From: a virus | Taxonomy: Duplodnaviria > Caudoviricetes | IMG/VR virus record: IMGVR_UViG_3300044476_000214 | Location: 1 to 34,849 of that record | Strand: one strand, 5' to 3' | Length of the DNA: 34,849 nt | Shown here: positions 1-9,600 of the stretch, piece by piece | How the letters are laid out: every line of letters begins with the position of its first letter | Position numbering within the stretch: position 1 is the stretch's first letter | Notes under the pieces: model-generated | Seen by the model: only the letters and a program-made list of their open reading frames with translations | Databases searched by the model: none | Told to the model about the DNA's origin: nothing | Position numbers and translations under genes: made by a program

Positions 1-4
1 GTTA

Positions 5-484
5 GTGCTCTATTTCTTATTGATAATTGCTCTTTTAACTGCTTTATATATCCTGTATATTTTAAATTTTAGCGGAAAAAAAGTTAATATACGCACTATA
101 AGGAAAATTTCACAATTCGATAAAAAGTACTCCATAAAAGCAACAAGTCCTATAACTACTACTCTTTCTGGAACTAAACATAATGATTGCCAGCTTGTAA
201 TAACCAGGCAGATTCGTCAGAATAAAATTAAAGTCGGCACTAAAGTTATATTGGTGCCAGATACTTTAAACCTTCACGACGATACAGCAACTCGAGTTTG
301 CACTTCTGATGGATGGATGTTGGGCTGGCTACCTGATGAGAGTTGGAATAGCAACATCTATTATGATCTTCTTAATGGTAAAAAATGGGAAGCAACCATT
401 AAAGAATACCGAAGGCCATCTACAGAATTTAATTTTCATAATTTATTAATTGAATTATGGGAATATACTGAAAATCATTCATGA
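5..484 (+). CDS. Membrane-anchored HIRAN-like domain protein (start may lie outside the window)
   Basis: N-terminal hydrophobic helix; LVPDTLNLHDDTATRV...LGWLP resembles the HIRAN pattern L.pEp.N.yD.nAi.V...lGyvP. Confidence 0.6.
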   Translation: MLYFLLIIALLTALYILYILNFSGKKVNIRTIRKISQFDKKYSIKATSPITTTLSGTKHNDCQLVITRQIRQNKIKVGTKVILVPDTLNLHDDTATRVCTSDGWMLGWLPDESWNSNIYYDLLNGKKWEATIKEYRRPSTEFNFHNLLIELWEYTENHS

Positions 485-485
485 T

Positions 486-716
486 ATGAAAAAAATATTT
501 TTTCTCGCTGCATTAATCATTCTTTTTTCCTGCGAAAAAGAAGCAAAATACTGCTGGAGCTGTGTAGTAACAACTAAAACAACAAACTCTGGCAGCACTG
601 TAATTCTCAGCTCTACCAGGGAAGAATGTGATATGTCAACCCGCGAAATGGAGATATATGAACAGGGATCTACAACCGGAAATACAAAAATAAGTGCAAC
701 TTGTACGAAACTTTAA
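486..716 (+). CDS. Small Cys-rich lipoprotein
   Basis: ATG at 486 gives MKKIFFLAALIILFSC (lipobox), followed by CWSC and two further Cys. Confidence 0.7.
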   Translation: MKKIFFLAALIILFSCEKEAKYCWSCVVTTKTTNSGSTVILSSTREECDMSTREMEIYEQGSTTGNTKISATCTKL

Positions 717-732
717 TAAATAATCTACAACA

Positions 733-1170
733 ATGAGATTTAAATTAAATACAGCATTTCTTTTTATTTCAATCACTGGCCTGGCTCAAATCCCTAAAAA
801 TGCAAATACAATTATTATTACCGATACGGTATCCAAGGATCAACTATATAATAAGGTAACAGAAATTCTATTCGAGGCTGGTTATGGCATTTTAAATTCA
901 AACAAAGAGTCTGGAATCATTACTACCACAGAAAAACCTTTCAAGAAAGGAATCATTAGACTTAATCTTATGGTCCGCAACAATAAAATTATTATACGTG
1001 GTGATTTTGACATGGGTATAACATTAGATTATGGTGGTGTTTTAACAGCTCTCAACTGGTCTCCTATAGAATATTACGGGATGAAGAAAAGTCCAAATAT
1101 CATTGCATGGAACGAGATGCAGAAAATATCTGATGCCTTTCCCGGACAAAAGGAATATCTTATAAAATAA
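733..1170 (+). CDS. Secreted/periplasmic hypothetical protein
   Basis: Signal peptide ending GLA-Q (Bacteroidota-type Gln after cleavage); 145-aa ORF. Confidence 0.65.
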   Translation: MRFKLNTAFLFISITGLAQIPKNANTIIITDTVSKDQLYNKVTEILFEAGYGILNSNKESGIITTTEKPFKKGIIRLNLMVRNNKIIIRGDFDMGITLDYGGVLTALNWSPIEYYGMKKSPNIIAWNEMQKISDAFPGQKEYLIK

Positions 1171-1175
1171 CCTTA

Positions 1176-1688
1176 TCACGGCTTAAAAAACCGATAAGCC
1201 TTCCACCCTATAAACAGGAATCCTATAGCAAAAATAGCAACACAAATACTCATTGCCTGCTTATAGATCTTCGGAATGTACTTAACCGGTTCCGGAGTAA
1301 CATGAAGCTTCTCATACAATGTTTTCCAGTAATATTTTTCCTTTATTGCCTGGCGAAGCTGTATTTGTAAGGTAGTATCCTTTTGCACAAGCACAAGTTT
1401 AATAACCGGGTAGCTCCACCACGCTTCGGCATAAGCATTGTTGGTCTCAACACGTACTTTTTTAGGGACATACCAGGGAGAAGGTGGCGGACACGGGATG
1501 GGAACCGAATCGACAACCCTCTCTCCTGGAACCGAAATATATATCGTAGTATCCCTTATAATAATAGAATCCCTGGTATGCTCAATTCTAACAGTGTCCA
1601 CTGTAGTCGGAAATTTAGCATTACACTTTCGCTGGGTAACACACCCTACAGAAATGAATATAAGCACAAAAAACAGTATGGTTCTCAT
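1176..1688 (-). CDS. Putative unimolecular spanin
   Basis: ATG at 1688 gives MRTILFFVLIFISVGC (lipobox), a beta-rich middle and a C-terminal TM helix (SICVAIFAIGFLFIGW-KAYR); last gene of the lysis cassette. Confidence 0.65.
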   Translation of the reverse strand: MRTILFFVLIFISVGCVTQRKCNAKFPTTVDTVRIEHTRDSIIIRDTTIYISVPGERVVDSVPIPCPPPSPWYVPKKVRVETNNAYAEAWWSYPVIKLVLVQKDTTLQIQLRQAIKEKYYWKTLYEKLHVTPEPVKYIPKIYKQAMSICVAIFAIGFLFIGWKAYRFFKP

Positions 1689-1768
1689 AGCGTAAAGGAT
1701 AAGTAACAAAGCACCCCCATTATTACCAGAAGCAAGATCACCTCCCAATTATCTTTTATCAGTTTCAT
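1685..1768 (-). CDS. 27-aa single-TM peptide in lysis cassette
   Basis: MKLIKDNWEVILLLVIMGVLCYLSFTL; fills the endolysin-spanin gap and its stop overlaps the spanin start as ATGA. Confidence 0.45.
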   Translation of the reverse strand: MKLIKDNWEVILLLVIMGVLCYLSFTL

Positions 1769-2183
1769 TTGGTATAAGTTCAAAGTGTGGTTCATCTCTA
1801 AAATTCTCATCATTGATATCATTATCTCCGGAGAAGTCTGCTCCGAGTCTGATCCGGTGCTTGATCGATCCGATCCTGTACAGCTGGTCGGCGATACCCT
1901 TAACATAACCGGCAAAGAATAACAACTGTTCCCGGGACCAGTCAATTTTGCCATTCTCAAATGGAGCTGCATCTATTGCCATTGAAGGACTACTGTTATG
2001 CTTGGATTGTGGATAAGGTAATTTACTTTTACCTTCTGCAACCGCTTTATCCTGTTCCTTTTTATCCCTATGACCGCAAACAATAGTACAGTCAAATTCT
2101 AAAATCACATGGTTAAACAAAGTCTGCAGGTCCCTGTGACAAGTGAATAGCCTCGTTTTCGAAGTATCGCTAAAACGGTTCAT
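1749..2183 (-). CDS. Endolysin, peptidase M15 family (L-Ala-D-Glu peptidase type)
   Basis: CGHR...EQ, SKH...AIDAAP and DEPHFEL zinc-peptidase motifs; lysis context. Confidence 0.85.
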   Translation of the reverse strand: MNRFSDTSKTRLFTCHRDLQTLFNHVILEFDCTIVCGHRDKKEQDKAVAEGKSKLPYPQSKHNSSPSMAIDAAPFENGKIDWSREQLLFFAGYVKGIADQLYRIGSIKHRIRLGADFSGDNDINDENFRDEPHFELIPNETDKR

Positions 2184-2509
2184 GCAAACTTTACTATTAA
2201 TGTTGTTGCTATTGCGCTAAAGCCAATTATTCCGGAAACCCATATTGCTGCCCTTGCCCGTGATGACATTCCCTGTTTGTCCTTATAATCATCGACAGAC
2301 TTTAAGCCTTCCTGAAACTTAATTAAATCTGCAATAACATTTGTCTGTGCAGCAACAGTAGTAGTTAATGTTTCAACTGAATTTTGTAATGCAGGGAATT
2401 GAGCAGCAAGGCCAGGTTGACCATTGCCATATACCTGCTTAACCATTGTTTTTAATAGACTGTGCATTTCACCTATTACTCTTTCCTGATTACATTCGTG
2501 AGCCTCCAT
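2180..2509 (-). CDS. Membrane protein with coiled coil and C-terminal TM helix (holin-associated)
   Basis: VYGNGQPGL, coiled coil, then AAIWVSGIIGFSAIATTLIV; overlaps the endolysin start. Confidence 0.55.
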   Translation of the reverse strand: MEAHECNQERVIGEMHSLLKTMVKQVYGNGQPGLAAQFPALQNSVETLTTTVAAQTNVIADLIKFQEGLKSVDDYKDKQGMSSRARAAIWVSGIIGFSAIATTLIVKFA

Positions 2510-2531
2510 ATCGTGTTATATGAAAAAGTTA

Positions 2532-2765
2532 TTACTTAGGTTCTTTTGTTGCAAATTCGTCCTGTGAATTTGTGAGAAAATTCTTAATGATATAGGAAAA
2601 GAAAGCTATTACCGAAGCAATCAGTATTCTTTTTAACAGCGATTTGTCAAACTCTGATCCCATTTGTAACTCGTTTACAAATAGGGTCATCCCTGCTGTT
2701 ATGGTAGCAAGAATTAAACCCTTAATAAGGTCCCTGGTGTGCAGTGAAAAAAGTTTTGTTTTCAT
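2532..2765 (-). CDS. Putative holin (2 TM)
   Basis: 77 aa with two hydrophobic helices and a charged C-terminus; upstream of the endolysin. Confidence 0.6.
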   Translation of the reverse strand: MKTKLFSLHTRDLIKGLILATITAGMTLFVNELQMGSEFDKSLLKRILIASVIAFFSYIIKNFLTNSQDEFATKEPK

Positions 2766-2852
2766 GTCTTGTTATTATATTAATACTTTTATTATTACTT
2801 TCCAGGTATAAGCGGTAGTCTGGAGAATCTGGCATATAATAATAAATTTAAA

Positions 2853-3431
2853 TCATCTACGTATAATTAAAGTATCTTCATCAGCATCATAGAAAGTAAA
2901 TACCCGATAGCCTTCACCCGTGACTGCATGACCTTTCGCAGTCCATGTCAACATTGACTTCTTATAGTATGCTGAATCCTGAATTTTCGATCTTAGTCCG
3001 GGAATACTGTCTATCCATGATTGTTGCATTAGATTCTTCTCCTGTTCCGCAATTAACCGATCACCGAAATTATAAATATCCTCTACCTGTTTTAATTGAT
3101 ATGCCAGTAATGAAGGATCAATAGTCAAAACAGGCTTAATAGTATCTAAAAGAGTAACAGTAAACACAACCTGCCGGAAGTTACCTGAAGCATCTGTAAC
3201 CTTTACCGTTACTGATGCTGTTTTATTTGTCGGAGTCAAAACAAATCCGGGTGCAGGGACTTGAGTGTACGAAGCAATTTCGCAGTTATCAAATGCAACT
3301 ATCTTCAGTCTGTAATCAGGTAGGATAGCAGTGCATCCACTACCTGCATATATACGTTGTGGAGGTATCTGGCTTAATAGACAGGAGCAGCTACTAAGTA
3401 ACAATAATAAAGGGATAAGTAGTTTTTTCAT
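2853..3431 (-). CDS. Exported protein/lipoprotein with HYR/Ig-like domain
   Basis: MKKLLIPLLLLLSSC signal; AFDNC...QVPAPG...VTVKVTDASGN...FTVTLLDTIKP is HYR-like. Confidence 0.6.
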   Translation of the reverse strand: MKKLLIPLLLLLSSCSCLLSQIPPQRIYAGSGCTAILPDYRLKIVAFDNCEIASYTQVPAPGFVLTPTNKTASVTVKVTDASGNFRQVVFTVTLLDTIKPVLTIDPSLLAYQLKQVEDIYNFGDRLIAEQEKNLMQQSWIDSIPGLRSKIQDSAYYKKSMLTWTAKGHAVTGEGYRVFTFYDADEDTLIIRR

Positions 3432-3466
3432 ATCATTTGTTTATCGTGTAGTTTATATTGAAGGCA

Positions 3467-4900
3467 CTATATGTCCTTCTTTATTGGACTTATAGTATAA
3501 TTAGTTTTTGTTCTCATTTTACTGTTGTCGTCATTATTTGGCGCACCTGTCCAGAACGTATCTCTTGTTGCTAACTGATGAACCGCACCATCAAAAGCCC
3601 AGTCCCCATTATCAGAATAATAATTATTTCTATCAACCACGCACGACTGGAAGCTTGTTTTTGCTAAAGGAACAATTGCTTCTGTGCTGCAATTTAAAGC
3701 AACTCCCTTACCAAAGATATTGTTGTCAGTTATAATATGATCCTTAGACTCAAGTATAGTTCCACTATCGTCAAAATTATCAGTTACAAATCCCGCATTA
3801 ATATTATCTGTATCATTACTGATAAACGTATTCCACCTATAAGTACATTTCTGCCCTCCCTTTGAGAGCATCGGACGACTCGCTGTTACTATATTCCCAG
3901 CAATTATTGTCTTTGTAACATCCGTGCTGATTATTTTATTTACAATACCAATATTTAAACCCGAATTACCCGCAGGAACAGTTATTGTATTATTAACAAC
4001 ATAACATTCATTCATTCCCCTGCCAAGCAATAAATTATGTTGCTGAAATACCCCAGAATGGCTTAAATGATTATACCTCAAGTCAACTAATCCAAGTGTA
4101 TCTGCCGGAGTATCTCCGTCATTCATAAACTGCCAGAGTATATGATCTGAACTTTGAATACCTATAGAATCATAAATTGCAACTTTCATTCTATTGCTGT
4201 CTGTGATTTTTAATCCAATCGCATTAGCAATATTAAATGTGCAGGATTGCATTAATAGAGTAGCTGATGCAGCTTCGTTGTTAAAAACAAACACCCCGAC
4301 TGTTCCTGCCAATAACTTATTAAACGTACAATTTTCAAATTCATACCAATTATTTGCATGATAAGCTGAGTTACTTCCCTGTAATGCAAAATTTGACTCT
4401 CCCCCATTATTAGTAAGATTAAAAACGCAATTCTTCCATTTGAATATTCTGTTAGCATTGTCTGCATCATTATAAAAACATGAAACATTGTCTGCACTCT
4501 CAAATGTTATATTTTCAAATCTTAACTCAGTACTGGCATAAAGTCTTATCGTAAAACCCGAAGCACCACTATGTTGAATTTTTACTGCTGTTCTGTCATT
4601 TGCATTACCTCTAATTAGTAATGTTTTAGCAGCCTGATTTATAAAAAGATATGTTCCTGCCTCATCACCAGAATTATATGTGCCATCTACTAATTGAATT
4701 ATATCACCAGAAGATGCAGCAGCTAAAGCAGCTGTAATAGTTGTATAAGTCTGTCCAGCACCACACATCAAAACATTGCCTGCAATTACAGTATTGCGAG
4801 GAGTTACCCTTGCAATACTTTCATTTATGTAAAAGTGTTGCGTCCAGTATAAACCCCCACGATTCATCGGACTAAATTTTCTCATTAAGCTAAATTTCAT
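3467..4900 (-). CDS. Right-handed beta-helix (pectin-lyase-like) protein, candidate tailspike/depolymerase
   Basis: YTTITAALAAASSGDIIQLVDGTY entry motif, then Asn-rich repeats (FENITF, WKNCVF, FENCTF, NNTI, GNIV). Confidence 0.7.
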   Translation of the reverse strand: MKFSLMRKFSPMNRGGLYWTQHFYINESIARVTPRNTVIAGNVLMCGAGQTYTTITAALAAASSGDIIQLVDGTYNSGDEAGTYLFINQAAKTLLIRGNANDRTAVKIQHSGASGFTIRLYASTELRFENITFESADNVSCFYNDADNANRIFKWKNCVFNLTNNGGESNFALQGSNSAYHANNWYEFENCTFNKLLAGTVGVFVFNNEAASATLLMQSCTFNIANAIGLKITDSNRMKVAIYDSIGIQSSDHILWQFMNDGDTPADTLGLVDLRYNHLSHSGVFQQHNLLLGRGMNECYVVNNTITVPAGNSGLNIGIVNKIISTDVTKTIIAGNIVTASRPMLSKGGQKCTYRWNTFISNDTDNINAGFVTDNFDDSGTILESKDHIITDNNIFGKGVALNCSTEAIVPLAKTSFQSCVVDRNNYYSDNGDWAFDGAVHQLATRDTFWTGAPNNDDNSKMRTKTNYTISPIKKDI

Positions 4901-4944
4901 AGCTGTATTTTTAAAGATTGTTTAAAAACAATATTCCTTTACTG

Positions 4945-5241
4945 CTACTCAACTTCACTTAGCAATAATCCTTCAGCCCAGCCTGCACTAAACTGAATAT
5001 GATTAAAGTATTTATCTCCTCCTGCAATCATCAGGTAGCCACCAGGCATTGCAGATGGATAATTCCTTGTATTCATTACACTCTGGTTTCCTATTTGTAC
5101 GCCAACAAGAGTAGCCCCATCAGATCCAATTTCTATGTGAGTAAACTTTTTATCCGATATAGCCTGGGTACCTATGTAATGGTCACCACCTTCCCCGGCA
5201 ATCCTGCCAAGTAACTCTGAATGATTTCTAACCTGTGTCAT
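4945..5241 (-). CDS. Hypothetical protein, possibly virion-associated
   Basis: 98-aa beta-rich ORF co-oriented within the tail module. Confidence 0.55.
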   Translation of the reverse strand: MTQVRNHSELLGRIAGEGGDHYIGTQAISDKKFTHIEIGSDGATLVGVQIGNQSVMNTRNYPSAMPGGYLMIAGGDKYFNHIQFSAGWAEGLLLSEVE

Positions 5242-5260
5242 GGTATTAATTTTTTAATGT

Positions 5261-6385
5261 TTATAACTTCTCTAAATGTGCTACCACATATGCCATCTTA
5301 TGCTGTTTACAGTACTCATCAGGATAATTGGTAGTGAGCTTACACTCCCTGAATATCTTTGTATTATTAATCCTCCTGGCATACGATGCCCGGGTATAAT
5401 ACCAGAATGAGTTTTCGTTCCATAAACTCTGGGCTGTCGGATCCTGATAAGCAGCTCTTCCATCTGTGCTCGGAGTATTACTTAACAAAATTCCTCCTGG
5501 TGCCAGTACTCTGTGGATCTCTTCCATCAATGCCCGGGTATCCTTAACATACTGCAAACAATCTTTAGCGATTATAAGCCCAACTGAATTATCCGTAAGT
5601 AGCTTCAGAGTCTGAATACCTGGATTGCTAAGAGTAGTCAATCCGTTAATCTCTGCATATCTCTGGGCAAGTCCTTCAATGTTTTGATCGTACAGCCTGT
5701 TATTCGTCTCTCTTATCTGTTCACCTTTTTTAACATAGGTATTGTCGCCGGTAATACGATATACATAAAGAACCTCCTGAATTTCCTTAAACCTGGTAAC
5801 CATGTAAAGCCTGTGCATCAGATCCAGATCATCACACACTTTTAGAGAGTCGTCGTGCCCGCCAATACTCTCATACATATCGCGCCTCCATGCCCTGATG
5901 TGGTCAGGTGCAAACCATATATGCCCCAATCTGCCCGGAGTTACCGGTTGGTTATTCATAGCATACAAACTCTTCCCCTGCCATCTGAACTTCTTGCTGG
6001 TCCATCCACACTCTTCCATATATGGCCTGAAGTCCTTACTTAGTTTGGCATTTTGTGAGAATACAAAACCCACACCCTCTTCATCAAAAGCTTTTGCAAG
6101 CTTCTGCAGGCAATCTGGTGTAAGCAGATCGTCGTGGTCAACCTCTGCAATAACATCGCCGGTAGCATTCATACATGCCAGGTGTTTCAGGAAGCCAACT
6201 GAATCAGAATTAAAAGGGCACTCGATAACTTTAATTCTTTCATCGGGATTAACATTGCCATAACGGATACCATTATTAAGCAGAATAATCCACTCCCACT
6301 CCTGGTATGTCTGAGCCAGAATAGTTGTCTCCAGCTCCTGCAGGAACTTTATATTATGAGTAGGTGTAATAATGCTTATTAACAT
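5261..6385 (-). CDS. GT2 glycosyltransferase fused to a partial class I methyltransferase domain
   Basis: ISIITPTHN...EWIIL...EVDHDDLL...DDLDL (GT-A fold); C-terminal DNSVGLI...MEEIHRVLAPGG (MTase). Confidence 0.85.
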   Translation of the reverse strand: MLISIITPTHNIKFLQELETTILAQTYQEWEWIILLNNGIRYGNVNPDERIKVIECPFNSDSVGFLKHLACMNATGDVIAEVDHDDLLTPDCLQKLAKAFDEEGVGFVFSQNAKLSKDFRPYMEECGWTSKKFRWQGKSLYAMNNQPVTPGRLGHIWFAPDHIRAWRRDMYESIGGHDDSLKVCDDLDLMHRLYMVTRFKEIQEVLYVYRITGDNTYVKKGEQIRETNNRLYDQNIEGLAQRYAEINGLTTLSNPGIQTLKLLTDNSVGLIIAKDCLQYVKDTRALMEEIHRVLAPGGILLSNTPSTDGRAAYQDPTAQSLWNENSFWYYTRASYARRINNTKIFRECKLTTNYPDEYCKQHKMAYVVAHLEKL

Positions 6386-6396
6386 CTTTTTAAATT

Positions 6397-6684
6397 TTAT
6401 TTTTCAAGTAATTCAAAGCACTGCCCCATTATAAGTTGCGGCTGAAACTTCCCAACTGCTCTTTTTATAATGGATATTTGCTCTGCAGTCAGAGTAACTT
6501 CATGCTTTTCATCTCTCAAAAGTTTAAATATCTCATATTTTTCAAGCTTCTTCTTTTCATCATCTTCCTGCAGCGGAGATAATAAAGAGGTAATACAAAC
6601 ATCTCTTAGTGTTTTCGGAGTATTATCATTAATTATGTCGCTCCCATCATAATTTTTTAGTACCTCAGAAATCTTGATTTTCAT
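6397..6684 (-). CDS. Small helical phage protein following the tail fibre gene
   Basis: 95-aa ORF in operon position; possible fibre chaperone (positional inference). Confidence 0.55.
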   Translation of the reverse strand: MKIKISEVLKNYDGSDIINDNTPKTLRDVCITSLLSPLQEDDEKKKLEKYEIFKLLRDEKHEVTLTAEQISIIKRAVGKFQPQLIMGQCFELLEK

Positions 6685-6698
6685 ATTATTAATCTATA

Positions 6699-9600
6699 TT
6701 AGTGTAAGTCAGTTATTGTCATTACCCTATACCCATCATCACTCCCTCGCTGCTGTATTGCTGTTGAGCCACTCCATCTCATTTTAATAGTTACTGCTGA
6801 TCCGGGAGTTACACTTGCGATATGAGTAAGAGCATGAGGTTGGTATCCCCCTATTATATAGCTTCGCATCGTTCGTACATTACCTCCACCAACATTTATT
6901 ATAAGCCATAGAGTCTGATTATTAGAAGAAACATAAAATGAAGCACAAAATGTAATCAGTACCTTACTTCCTTTTGGAGTAAATGAGATACTCATATCAT
7001 CCATATCACCTTCACTTGCTGCACAGGTTATATTTGATGTACCAGTGGCTTCAACATGATTACCTCCAAAATCAATTTGACCAGATACTTCTAAAGAACC
7101 ATCAATTCCAACAGTTACAGGATTACCAGCTGTTCCAAAATATATTCCTGTTGTTGCCCCACCATTGATTTGAAATACTTTATTTTCTTTCCCATCATAT
7201 ACTACAAAATCTCTATAATGATCTGTGGTTCCATTATGTCCTATTCTATTAATCTTAATTCCAGAAGAATCACCATTATATGCTGGTTCATATATATCAG
7301 TATTCTTTATTGCCAAATTTTGAGTTAATCCATCAACAGTAGAAGGCTTAGTTCCTAATTCAACAACTCCTGTGGCAGTTAAGGATCCATCCTGTGTAAC
7401 TTTGAATGGAGCCGTTGCCCTATTTGCATAGGTATCTCCTGCATATATTCTTATGGAAGATGCAGAGCTTCCTTCATTTGTTATTCCTGCGGTTGGAAGA
7501 AATAGCGATCCGCTCAGATAAGCATTGTCAGACCATAGTCCATACCCCGATAATGCGCCAAATACAGCATCAGTAATGCCTGTAAGATTTCCAATTCTTA
7601 GCTTTTGTTTCCCTGCGAAACTTCCTGCTGTCACACCAGCAAGCATATCTATATACGGATTATTTGTATCAGAGGCAGTAATGTATATAAGGTTTTGTCT
7701 GGCAGAATCCCCCGAGTTTCCGATCTGCACCAATTCCATTCCATTCCATGGCGTACCGCTTATTGTGGTTGCTGTTATATATGCAGATCCATATGTGTTG
7801 TCATGATGTACCGCTGTTACTTTCCCAATATAAGAAGCAATTCCCCTTCCGGTCCATATCTGAGCACGTATATAATCATCAACTGCAAATTGAATTAATT
7901 TACTGCCGCCGTCTTCATCCATATAAATTGTGGTTCCCGATACTGTTAAACATATTCCACAAGCAACAGAAATAACAATGCCACCATTAATTGAATTTAT
8001 CTTATTAATGTCTAAATCATAAGCAGTTAATGCTTTCCTGACAACAAGCTTATCAACCGTTAAAGTATATTCCCCGCTTGTTTCATCATTCTTCCAACCC
8101 GATCCTGCGTAACCAGAACTAAACGAAGGAGAGCCGATATCACTACCCACTACTAATTCGCCGAGTCTCGTTATACCACTCCCTCCGCTAATAGTAAAAT
8201 CACCATTTGTTCTGTCACATGATAAATTTACATTTCCCCCCAGAGTTGATAAATGGAGTTCTGCCTTTGCTGCTGCATTATTTGTAAGATTCTCGACATA
8301 TAATTCTGTCGCAGCTGCCTGATCTTTTTTTACATGAACAAAATAAGAAGGAGAAACGCCAACCCCCAGGCTACCTCCATTGGTAATTACTATTAATGTT
8401 GCAGTATCAATATTGTTATTAATTTGCAAATCAGTAGCCCCTGAAAATAAAAAATGAGTAGCCGCTGTTCTGCGAAACATATTATACCCGCCTGTTGCAA
8501 CAATATATTGGTCAACAGGCAACGTAACTGTCCCTGTAAACGAAGGACTTGCTATTGGTGCATAATAACTCCCATGATTCCCGTCAAGTAAATCAGCATC
8601 CAAAGCTGAACCTGACCCATCAACTGTAAGTAAAGCATCAAGTATTTCAGCACCACCCATTATAACTTGTGACCCCGAAGAACCTCCAGTGGCTGGAGAT
8701 CCTGTGGATATTGTTTCTACTGAAACAAAAGTTACCGATTCATCGCTCCAGGCGAGGAGCTCGATGAGTGTAACTGAAAATACCTCTTCGTAAATATCCC
8801 AGATCCCTTCAGCAATCTCATACTCGCGGTTATTATTATATGTGTGCTTAATAATACTGTCGAAAGCAATGCCCGTTCCTTTTATCTCGCCCGTAAGTTT
8901 TTGCCTGGCAATTCGGTTAAGGCTGGCAAGATCATAAGCCAGATGCTGAAGTATAGATCTTTCAACAGCACTGCCTAATATATGCCATAAGGTAGTTGCT
9001 GAACCATTACTGAGCCTGGTAATATTAAAATATAAAAGGGCAGCATTTACATAATCGGGGGCATCAGCTGTAAGCAAGTCAATATCGGGGAGATCTAAAG
9101 GTTCTGAACTGTTCGTAAAAGAAGCTTCTGTTTCGATAGCTGAAGGATAAGGTCCGCCGTTAACAACAAATGTGAGATCTACATTACCAAATGCTACCCC
9201 GGTATAAGTATATTGATATGCCGGTGTGCCCTGGATGCGGTAGAGTGTTACCTGAAGAGATCCGCTGAAAGGAATCTCTTGTGTTATAAGAGACAATCTG
9301 TTCATCCGGGGAGTGCCTCCTATCTGGCTGGCTACTTCCATATCGATAGAAGTGAGTTCGTCAACCCACTCAGCTGCATAGTTTGGATATAAACCTGTTT
9401 TTGCCAGATATTTTGTATCGACACCATCGGTAAGAGCAATAACCATCTGAACATTAATCGGAATCGGAATTGGAATACCGCCATAAAGCCGGTAACCAAT
9501 GGCTCCCATATCTACTGAAAAAACAAAGTCCTCACCAGGCGCATTCTCAATGTCAAATGCCTGGTATAAACAACTACTGGCATTATCTATACCAGGAATA

